Source: a virus
Lineage: Duplodnaviria; Caudoviricetes
Length of the DNA: 25,405 nucleotides
Direction: 5' to 3' (one strand)
IMG/VR virus record: IMGVR_UViG_3300007539_000186
Coordinates: 1 to 25,405 of that record
In this document: positions 1 to 6,097 of the stretch, piece after piece
How the letters are laid out: the number at the start of each line of letters is the position of its first letter
How positions within the stretch are numbered: the stretch's first letter is position 1
Made by a program: the position numbers and the translations under genes
Notes under the pieces: generated by a model
What the model was told of the DNA's origin: nothing
Databases searched by the model: none
Seen by the model: the letters and a program-made list of their open reading frames with translations, nothing else

Positions 1-148
1 ACTCTACCTTTGTGAGCTTAAAACCATTTTCTGTTTCAGACCATTCAATGTCATCGCCAATCTTCCAATTAAGAGATTCCATCTCTTCATCAGTTAATTG
101 AATAGCGAGTTCGCCATCTTCAGTCTCTATGACTTTAGCTTTTCTCAT
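1..148 (-). CDS. AbrB/MazE/SpoVT-like small DNA-binding protein (runs off the left edge; not in ORF track)
   Basis: Hand translation from ATG at 148 (ATGA overlap with the stop of 145..378): MRKAKVIETEDGELAIQLTDEEMESLNWKIGDDIEWSETENGFKLTKVE. This fits the G-x-L-x-I-x-L...L-x-W-x-x-G-D-x-I-x-W swapped-hairpin pattern. Confidence 0.6.
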   Translation of the reverse strand, partial: MRKAKVIETEDGELAIQLTDEEMESLNWKIGDDIEWSETENGFKLTKVE

Positions 149-378
149 TCTTTCCATTCCCAATCTTTACGATACTTAGCGACTACTTCAACTAAATTGT
201 CCCATTCATCCCAATCTAAGGCAAGGACGCGACCATCATTCATTTCATCTTCTCCAATAATTTTGAGATACGATCCTCCAGCTTCATCATCGGGGCCAAC
301 TTTAATTGTATTGAAAATTGGATGCCAATCAGAACGATCTGCTTTAATGCTTACTTGTGTTATTACTTCTTTATTCAT
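145..378 (-). CDS. hypothetical phage protein (77 aa)
   Basis: ORF track. 4-nt overlaps with both neighbours suggest translational coupling. Confidence 0.7.
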   Translation of the reverse strand: MNKEVITQVSIKADRSDWHPIFNTIKVGPDDEAGGSYLKIIGEDEMNDGRVLALDWDEWDNLVEVVAKYRKDWEWKE

Positions 379-623
379 AATGTGATTGTGTCGCTGTCAG
401 ATATATTTTGGCTGAAAAAATTTGAATTGACTTCGGTATCTGTAGATTCTTCGTATTCATATCCTTCGGCTTTCTCAAATACCGCTTGTTTTACTGATTC
501 GTAATGATAACCAGCACACATCATTAGCTGACATACATAATCAAGTACTTCGATAGCGGTTTGGCCACCGCCTTCTGTTTCAATAGAGAATTTATCTCCT
601 TGTTGTTCTAATGTTATTTTCAT
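375..623 (-). CDS. hypothetical phage protein (82 aa, acidic)
   Basis: ORF track. Preceded by a TTGACA promoter-like element and coupled to the downstream gene. Confidence 0.7.
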   Translation of the reverse strand: MKITLEQQGDKFSIETEGGGQTAIEVLDYVCQLMMCAGYHYESVKQAVFEKAEGYEYEESTDTEVNSNFFSQNISDSDTITL

Positions 624-632
624 AATAAGTGT

Positions 633-660
633 ATATTGTACAATTATATAGATATGTCAA
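633..660 (-). promoter_or_regulatory. sigma70-like promoter candidate
   Basis: TTGACA at 660-655, 16 nt spacer, CAATAT (or TACAAT at 14 nt), then 9 nt to the ATG at 623. Confidence 0.45.
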
Positions 661-673
661 TATTAAAAATCAA

Positions 674-991
674 TTATTTTTGGGATTTAATATATTCCAA
701 TGCTTCAGATTTGTTCATACGGATTGCATTAGCATCTTTACAGAAACTTTTTAGAATCGCTCCGTTATAAGGGCTACTGATACCATAAGTCTTTTTATGA
801 CAGCGATAGCAACTTCCACTATAACCATAGAATAACCAATAGTCTCCATCTTCTTCAATTCTATCAATACCGCTGTTTAGCTTCCAGCTATCTCCATCGA
901 GAAAGCCTCCGCTCCAAGAACCAAAGACTTTATAGATATTACCAAAAATTCTAATGATGCACCATTGATCTGGTTTATTTTCGTTTTTCAT
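674..991 (-). CDS. conserved phage hypothetical protein (105 aa)
   Basis: ORF track. Pattern PDxW...YKVFGSWSGGFLDGDSWKLNSGI...GYSGSCYRC recognised from other phage hypotheticals; function unknown. Confidence 0.75.
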   Translation of the reverse strand: MKNENKPDQWCIIRIFGNIYKVFGSWSGGFLDGDSWKLNSGIDRIEEDGDYWLFYGYSGSCYRCHKKTYGISSPYNGAILKSFCKDANAIRMNKSEALEYIKSQK

Positions 992-1019
992 ATTCTTATT
1001 GTATCAAAGTTTCTCTATT

Positions 1020-1142
1020 CTATAATAGACTTAACCAGAATATTAACAGTATACTCGATAAAGTAAGGAATACAGTGATAAAAACCTTTTCAAAGGTCGT
1101 TAATTTTTTATTTCTATTTTTATTATTTAGTGACGGTTCCAT
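1020..1142 (-). CDS. small single-pass membrane protein (40 aa; not in ORF track)
   Basis: Hand translation MEPSLNNKNRNKKLTTFEKVFITVFLTLSSILLIFWLSLL*: basic N-terminus then a ~20 aa hydrophobic helix. It fills the gap between two co-oriented genes. Confidence 0.5.
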   Translation of the reverse strand: MEPSLNNKNRNKKLTTFEKVFITVFLTLSSILLIFWLSLL

Positions 1143-1531
1143 AATTTATATATCTTTCTTGGTAGCCCCGAAACTGCCCAATAATACAAAAATGCAAGTT
1201 TAAAATTTCCATGCTTATGAATATATCTCATTTCTTGATTTGCTTGCTCTTCCGTAAAAATGCCAGGATTTTGTTCAATCATCTGATAAAGAGCGTCATG
1301 TACGCAGCAACCCTCCAATGCACGAGAAAAGTCTGGAGCTAGGGTGCATCCATCACAAGCGTATCCTTTATAGATAATTAGTTTTGAATCTATGATACGA
1401 GCGTAAATATTGTCGTATTTACCTCTTACAACACCGACAACATTAGGATCAATAGATCGCAATACATATTTACTGTCTTTGGCAAAAATCCAATTATATT
1501 TTGGATGCTTATATGGCACTATGTTTTTCAT
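1127..1531 (-). CDS. DUF1353-like / prokaryotic phospholipase A2-like HD protein
   Basis: Motifs GYACDGCT-LAPD, GCCVHDALY, EEQANQEM and a terminal YYWAV match the DUF1353 layout and the PLA2-type C-x-x-H-D-x-x-Y motif. Confidence 0.55.
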   Translation of the reverse strand: MKNIVPYKHPKYNWIFAKDSKYVLRSIDPNVVGVVRGKYDNIYARIIDSKLIIYKGYACDGCTLAPDFSRALEGCCVHDALYQMIEQNPGIFTEEQANQEMRYIHKHGNFKLAFLYYWAVSGLPRKIYKLWNRH

Positions 1532-1898
1532 CTTTCTCTAATCTAAAAACTCTATTTTCAGCATAAGCAATCATACCATCGATATACCTATAATGCTCAT
1601 TTACCACACTGTCTGGTATATTTTCTTGCTCATATTCCAGACGGTAATAAAAACGTAGACCATTATATTTTCCCTTTACCTGCTTTGCTACAACTTGAGG
1701 GAACTTAATAGTTTCTTTAAATTCTGGTACACAGACTACATATCTACAATTAGTCATAGCGTCACATAGCTCATCAATGATTGGAAGCCAGTTTTGAGGT
1801 ACTTCAAGACCCCAACACATGCATGTTTCAGTCATTGGTTTATCTTTATCACCAAAGATCTTTGGATATTTTTCAAATATTTCTTCTTGTGTTATCAT
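1509..1898 (-). CDS. conserved phage hypothetical protein (129 aa)
   Basis: WGLEVPQNWLPIIDELC...QVKGKYNGLRFYY resembles the common phage GW..II..L...QVKEKFGGLRFY family; function unknown. Confidence 0.75.
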   Translation of the reverse strand: MITQEEIFEKYPKIFGDKDKPMTETCMCWGLEVPQNWLPIIDELCDAMTNCRYVVCVPEFKETIKFPQVVAKQVKGKYNGLRFYYRLEYEQENIPDSVVNEHYRYIDGMIAYAENRVFRLEKDEKHSAI

Positions 1899-1902
1899 AT
1901 TA

Positions 1903-2097
1903 TTATTTTACTGAATACCAACTCATTTGAAGCCACAACCACCCAGCATAATTATTATAAACTCCATTTCCATAGGTAGTACGAATATCTTCATATAAAT
2001 GCTTACTAAACCAAGGTTTAAACCTAAACACGGGAGATACGCCTACGTTAAACCAATTATCGTGTTTTTTAAACGGATGTGGTATATAAATTCTCAT
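1903..2097 (-). CDS. hypothetical protein (64 aa, aromatic-rich)
   Basis: ORF track. Tightly packed between co-oriented genes with 4-nt gaps. Confidence 0.6.
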   Translation of the reverse strand: MRIYIPHPFKKHDNWFNVGVSPVFRFKPWFSKHLYEDIRTTYGNGVYNNYAGWLWLQMSWYSVK

Positions 2098-2101
2098 TCG
2101 A

Positions 2102-2278
2102 TTATTCTTCGTCGTGCTTCATGCAGTTTAATTGCTCTAGCTCAAGAATAATATTTTCAAGATCCATTTGAGCATAGTCGAGTTCATCTCTTAGCTTGGA
2201 TACTCTTTCCAATACTTTGATGTATTCGCCATTAAGCGAAACCTTCCTTTTTTCAAGGAAACTTTTTGTAACTACCAT
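2102..2278 (-). CDS. small coiled-coil protein (58 aa; not in ORF track)
   Basis: Hand translation MVVTKSFLEKRKVSLNGEYIKVLERVSKLRDELDYAQMDLENIILELEQLNCMKHDEE*. GGAGG Shine-Dalgarno upstream; heptad-like Leu spacing. Confidence 0.65.
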   Translation of the reverse strand: MVVTKSFLEKRKVSLNGEYIKVLERVSKLRDELDYAQMDLENIILELEQLNCMKHDEE

Positions 2279-2309
2279 AATTCTATTCCTCCGTTAAATT
2301 AAGGGTTTT

Positions 2310-2474
2310 TTACTTTGGCGCGTCTTTTTTTAAATTTTTCTTAATTGCCGCATCTATTTTTTGCGTAACTTTGCGACCGACATGATCGTTAAATACCATT
2401 TCTCCGTGAGACCGCCCATAAAGCTTTCCTACGCCCTTTTTTTGTGTTCTACCTTTTAATAATTTTTTAGACAT
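2310..2474 (-). CDS. small basic protein (54 aa; not in ORF track)
   Basis: Hand translation MSKKLLKGRTQKKGVGKLYGRSHGEMVFNDHVGRKVTQKIDAAIKKNLKKDAPK*, directly downstream of a TTGACA promoter-like element. Confidence 0.6.
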   Translation of the reverse strand: MSKKLLKGRTQKKGVGKLYGRSHGEMVFNDHVGRKVTQKIDAAIKKNLKKDAPK

Positions 2475-2481
2475 GATAGGT

Positions 2482-2509
2482 ATAATGACTAAAATATCCA
2501 GAATGTCAA
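2482..2509 (-). promoter_or_regulatory. sigma70-like promoter candidate
   Basis: TTGACA at 2509-2504, 16 nt spacer, CATTAT, then 7 nt to the ATG at 2474. Confidence 0.5.
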
Positions 2510-2609
2510 ATAAAAAGTGAATTATTTTTTGGATTTTTTGAGCTTATCCTTCAGCCAAATAATTTCTTGCACCAAAATAATTAAAGCAAAAATTGGGAAA
2601 AACAAAAGA

Positions 2610-2792
2610 TTAGTTAGAAAATGTTTCATAGATTATAAATTCGGGTTGATTTTCTTTTTCCTTATATTGGTTGGGGAAAACAGTAACGGGGTATTTCTTA
2701 CCTTCTATGGTAACGTATCCAGCTAGATATGTGCCATTTTTGCCTTCTTTTTTCCAGAAAGCACCGCGTTGTTGTTCAGTCCATTTACTCAT
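2610..2792 (-). CDS. DUF736-like small protein (60 aa)
   Basis: GAFWKKEGKNGTYLAGYV...VFPNQYKEKENQPEFIIY matches the GAxWxKxxxxGxxYLxG...F.N..K....PD pattern of DUF736-type proteins. Confidence 0.6.
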   Translation of the reverse strand: MSKWTEQQRGAFWKKEGKNGTYLAGYVTIEGKKYPVTVFPNQYKEKENQPEFIIYETFSN

Positions 2793-2799
2793 TGCCTTA

Positions 2800-2827
2800 T
2801 TAATATCAGAAAAAAGGCTTTTGTCAA
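2800..2827 (-). promoter_or_regulatory. sigma70-like promoter candidate
   Basis: TTGACA at 2827-2822, 16 nt spacer ending TGA, TATTAA, then 7 nt to the ATG at 2792. Confidence 0.5.
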
Positions 2828-2837
2828 GTAAAATTGC

Positions 2838-2867
2838 AAAAAAAGACCAATCTTTAAAATTGGCCTT
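2838..2867 (-). terminator. intrinsic terminator downstream of the LRR-sulfotransferase-DUF4376 cassette
   Basis: Minus strand AAGGCCAAT-tttaaag-ATTGGTCTT (9-bp stem with one G-U pair) running into a T tract, about 30 nt after the stop at 2896. Confidence 0.65.
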
Positions 2868-2895
2868 GATTAATTTTTAAATTATTTTTTATTTA

Positions 2896-3432
2896 TTACC
2901 AAGTAATAGCTTCAAGCTCTGCAAATGTTGTAGCTGCACTTACAGACGCTACAAGCTGGGCTTCCTTAGCAAAAGCGGCAGACTTTCGTGCTATACCTTC
3001 TGTAATCGCTGTCTGGAATTGCTCTTTGGTAATTGTGTTGTAAGAACCATCTGCTGATTTATAGCCGTCAAAAGAGCCTCCATCTGGAAGGATTTCAATC
3101 AAAGTTTTTACATCAATAATTGTTTCTAAATCTGATTTGAATTGAAGGCCATCGCTAGTTACAAGAATTGCATTATATTCTGCGTCTCTAGCTTTCTTGA
3201 TTTCTTGTATTTTTTTAGATTTTAAAATGTTAGGGTTATCAATAAAAATCTTTCCCCTGATGCCTACAACTTCATTGTTGATTAAAAACATCGGCCCAGT
3301 CGAAGATTCGAAAATGGCGGCTTTTGCGTCAGAAATAGATACTACTTCTGCAAATTCGGGTATATCTAAAAAATCATCATCTTGCACTCTGATGATTCTA
3401 TTTGTTTCTTTGTTAATTAATGCGTTTTTCAT
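2896..3432 (-). CDS. DUF4376-like tail-fibre-associated protein
   Basis: LKSKKIQEIKKARD...DGLQFKSD...YKSADGSY...AAFAKEAQLVASVSAATTFAELEAITW, the typical DUF4376 layout with terminal L-x-A-I-x-W. Confidence 0.75.
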   Translation of the reverse strand: MKNALINKETNRIIRVQDDDFLDIPEFAEVVSISDAKAAIFESSTGPMFLINNEVVGIRGKIFIDNPNILKSKKIQEIKKARDAEYNAILVTSDGLQFKSDLETIIDVKTLIEILPDGGSFDGYKSADGSYNTITKEQFQTAITEGIARKSAAFAKEAQLVASVSAATTFAELEAITW

Positions 3433-4229
3433 AATTCGTTAATCCAGTTAAATTTCTGATTAATTGTTTCCGAAAGCTGGCGACCAAGTGTATCATGCCA
3501 GTCTGGGATTAGTGGCTTAATTTCTGGTCGGATGATATGATCCCCAAAAGGCCATCCAAGGTCATGCTCCTGAGTGTATTGCTCCACATTTCTTGTGTCA
3601 TGTGTAATAGGTTCAATTCCTAAGTATTCCCACACTCTGTTCATCGTTTCTTGCGGGTGGCTGGTCAGGTCTTCGGCATGGACGAAGTGAACCTTATCTT
3701 TGTGAAGACGTGCAATCTCATGGATGCGTTGAATAGCAATACCTACAGGTGGGTGTTGAAGCCAGAAATTAACACGACCTTCAATAGTCTGAATGTTAGC
3801 TGTGTCCTGCTGGCTCATTTCCATTTGAAACTCAGGATGATGCTGGAACTTCTTTTCCATGCTTGAAAGCACCCCGCGAATATCACGGACGGGGATCAAT
3901 AGTTTTGCATCTGGAAACAGCTTGAACAGTAGGGGGGCGCTACCAATCCAACTGCGGCATTTGTCGACTACAATAGGGCGATCCGTCACGTTGTTGAATG
4001 CGTTAGTTATACCTGCTCGAATAAAGTCACCGAACAACTTTTCACCATCATTCGGATTCGGAATAGTGCGAAACTCGTCAGTCTTAAAAAACGCCTTGGA
4101 CAAATACATGATCTCATGCACTCCGCTGGTCGCCGTAGCATGGACTTCTGGGTTCTGTGCAAGTAGGTTCTGCAATAGAGTTGAGCAAGCTCTGGGAAGT
4201 CCTGATGTATAATGGATTGTTTTACTCAT
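3429..4229 (-). CDS. sulfotransferase (Sulfotransfer_3-like), 266 aa
   Basis: 5'-PSB loop SGLPRACSTLL, VVDKCRSW, FPDAKLLIPVRD...SS and HAEDLTSHPQETM. Start moved from the track's TTG (4244) to the ATG at 4229, 1 nt after the LRR gene stop. Confidence 0.85.
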   Translation of the reverse strand: MSKTIHYTSGLPRACSTLLQNLLAQNPEVHATATSGVHEIMYLSKAFFKTDEFRTIPNPNDGEKLFGDFIRAGITNAFNNVTDRPIVVDKCRSWIGSAPLLFKLFPDAKLLIPVRDIRGVLSSMEKKFQHHPEFQMEMSQQDTANIQTIEGRVNFWLQHPPVGIAIQRIHEIARLHKDKVHFVHAEDLTSHPQETMNRVWEYLGIEPITHDTRNVEQYTQEHDLGWPFGDHIIRPEIKPLIPDWHDTLGRQLSETINQKFNWINEL

Positions 4230-4230
4230 A

Positions 4231-5631
4231 TTAAATTCTGACAACGGTTACGGCGGCATTACCTTGATACGATGTGGGTTGAGGTAATGCTGCGAGTGCG
4301 TCCCATGTCGTGTCACCCGTAGGAACCCGAAGAGTGAGAGTAGCTGCTGTGCCAGTTAAGATATTTGATCCTGTATCAAAAACAGTCTTTGTGACATTAG
4401 CCGTTACATCGTTAAGAGTTGGGTTGTCACCAAACGCATAGCCCCCAATCGTAGTCACTGAATTTGGAATTGTGACTGATGTGAGGTTGTTGTCACGAAA
4501 CGCACTGATCCCAATTGTAGTCACTGAATCTGGAATTGTAACTGATGTGAGGTTGTTGCCACGAAACGCACCGTTCCTAATCTCAGTCACTGAATCTGGA
4601 ATTGTGACTGATTCGAGGGAGTTGTTACGAAACGCACCGACCCCAATCTCAGTCACTGAATCTGGAATTGTGACTGATGTGAGGCTGTTGTTAATAAACG
4701 CATTTTCCCCAATCGAGGTCACTGAATCTGGAATTGTGACTGATTGGAGGTCGTTGCTAGCAAACGCATAGCCCCCAATCGAGGTCACTGAATTTGGAAT
4801 TGTGACTGATTGGAGGGAGTTGTTACGAAACACACCGTTCTCAATCTCAGTCACTGAATTTGGAATTGTGACTGATTCGAGGGAGTTGTTACGAAACGCA
4901 CTAGCCTTAATCTCAGTCACTGAATCTGGAATTGTGACTGATGTGAGGCTGTTGTTAAGAAACGCAAAACTCCCAATCGTAGTCACTGAATCTGGAATTG
5001 TAACTGATTGGAGGTTGTTTTCACTAAACACACCGTTCCCAATCGTAGTCACTGAATTTGGAATTGTGACTGATGTGAGGCTGTTGTTAAGAAACGCATA
5101 GCCCCCAATCGAGGTCACTGAATCTGGAATTGTGACTGATGTGAGGCTGTTGTTAAGAAACGCATAGCCTCCAATCGTAGTCACTGAATCTGGAATTGTG
5201 ACTGATTGGAGGTCGTTGCTAGCAAACACATAGCCCCCAATCGTAGTCACTGAATTTGGAATTGTGACTGATGTGAGGGAGTTTCCAAAAAACGCATAGC
5301 TCACAATCGTAGTCACTGAATCTGGAATTGTGACTGATGTGAGGCTGTTGTTAAAAAACGCATAGCCCCCAATCAAGGTCACTACACTCCCAATCTGACA
5401 ATGAGCGCAAGACGATGGGATGTCAGCAGAATCCAAAGACCCAACAACACGCTTGCTACTGACAGATTCATCCGTAAGAGCAAAGAATGTAATCTCCGAG
5501 CTTTCGTAAGGAAGATTTTTTATTTTAACCTTTTTCGTCTCATTTGTGTTAAAATCGACAATCACTAGAACGTCATTAGATGAATCTACAGTAGTTAATT
5601 CGGTTAATTCTGATATTTTTTTGTCTGCCAT
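4231..5631 (-). CDS. BspA-type (LRR_5) leucine-rich-repeat protein with phage fibre-like N-terminus; candidate receptor-binding or decoration protein
   Basis: 14 full 22-aa repeats LxSVTIP[DN]SVTxIxxxAFxxNx plus one partial repeat. The N-terminus MADKKISELTELT...D.LVIVD...ETKK is a pattern seen on phage fibre/structural proteins. No signal peptide. Confidence 0.85.
   Translation of the reverse strand: MADKKISELTELTTVDSSNDVLVIVDFNTNETKKVKIKNLPYESSEITFFALTDESVSSKRVVGSLDSADIPSSCAHCQIGSVVTLIGGYAFFNNSLTSVTIPDSVTTIVSYAFFGNSLTSVTIPNSVTTIGGYVFASNDLQSVTIPDSVTTIGGYAFLNNSLTSVTIPDSVTSIGGYAFLNNSLTSVTIPNSVTTIGNGVFSENNLQSVTIPDSVTTIGSFAFLNNSLTSVTIPDSVTEIKASAFRNNSLESVTIPNSVTEIENGVFRNNSLQSVTIPNSVTSIGGYAFASNDLQSVTIPDSVTSIGENAFINNSLTSVTIPDSVTEIGVGAFRNNSLESVTIPDSVTEIRNGAFRGNNLTSVTIPDSVTTIGISAFRDNNLTSVTIPNSVTTIGGYAFGDNPTLNDVTANVTKTVFDTGSNILTGTAATLTLRVPTGDTTWDALAALPQPTSYQGNAAVTVVRI
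4420..5382 (-). repeat. 66-bp coding tandem repeat, 14 full units (5343-4420) plus a partial unit
   Basis: Near-invariant core TCAGTYACAATTCCARATTCAGTGAC recurs every 66 nt (plus strand gtcactgaatYtggaattgtRactga). Confidence 0.95.
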
Positions 5632-5640
5632 ATTAATTCT

Positions 5641-5646
5641 TTACAC
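5641..5646 (-). promoter_or_regulatory. GTGTAA motif 9 nt before the LRR gene start (candidate late promoter)
   Basis: Minus strand GTGTAA-agaattaat-ATG. The same motif precedes four other starts. Confidence 0.55.
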
Positions 5647-6011
5647 TAAATGTCTTGTTCTAGGATTAATTTGAATCCATTTTCTTGGAATAGATACGAA
5701 TCATTTTCTAATTCTAGATAATCTGGGAGGTTAGGGCTTGGAGAGGCATCTCCAAAGAAATCATTAAAATTGAGAGGCCGAAATCCCGCATCTATTGGTT
5801 GAACGATATTATCGGCGAAACCAAATTGGTCAAGTTTTCTGTTTAGCTCTTGTATAATATGAGTAAACATGTGAAAATTTTGGGAATCTCCAGTTGGATA
5901 TACTGAGGCTAAAGCAGCTACTCTACTTTCTAGCGTTCCTCCAGCAAGAATACCAGTGTCTGAGGTGCTATGAATCTCACTTCTTAATTCATTTGGGTTT
6001 TCAGATGACAT
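5646..6011 (-). CDS. hypothetical, probably virion-associated protein (121 aa)
   Basis: ORF track; has its own GTGTAA motif. The C-terminal YLELENDSYLFQENGFKLILEQ resembles the L-x-x-E-[ND]-G-x-x-L-x-L-E motif of phage structural proteins. Confidence 0.7.
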   Translation of the reverse strand: MSSENPNELRSEIHSTSDTGILAGGTLESRVAALASVYPTGDSQNFHMFTHIIQELNRKLDQFGFADNIVQPIDAGFRPLNFNDFFGDASPSPNLPDYLELENDSYLFQENGFKLILEQDI

Positions 6012-6020
6012 ATTATTGTT

Positions 6021-6026
6021 TTACAC
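6021..6026 (-). promoter_or_regulatory. GTGTAA motif 9 nt before the start at 6011
   Basis: Minus strand GTGTAA-aacaataat-ATG. Confidence 0.55.
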
Positions 6027-6082
6027 TTAAAGGCTGAAAATTTCAAAAAATATAATTATCAAATAGAAAAAGGGTTAAATAT

Positions 6083-6088
6083 GTGTAA
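6083..6088 (+). promoter_or_regulatory. GTGTAA motif 9 nt before the start at 6098
   Basis: Plus strand GTGTAA-aatatattt-ATG, back-to-back with the motif at 6021-6026. Confidence 0.55.
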
Positions 6089-6097
6089 AATATATTT

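Noticed and set aside
98-4212. Plus-strand ORFs in the left region (98..385, 322..504, 1794..1979, 2517..2726, 2671..2880, 3197..3442, 3651..3866, 3859..4212)
   Set aside because: They overlap a densely packed, coupled set of minus-strand genes that has its own promoters and terminator.
4472-5101. Plus-strand 99-aa repeat ORFs 4472..4771 and 4802..5101
   Set aside because: Antisense shadows of the LRR repeat, with GTG starts taken from the repeat core.
4420-5382. CRISPR-like array (constant partly palindromic core alternating with variable segments)
   Set aside because: The period is exactly 66 nt and in frame within an LRR ORF, the would-be spacers are homologous to each other, and no cas genes or leader are present.
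4231-5631. Diversity-generating retroelement acting on the LRR gene
   Set aside because: No reverse transcriptase or separate template repeat in the window. Differences between units are block swaps and are not confined to adenines.
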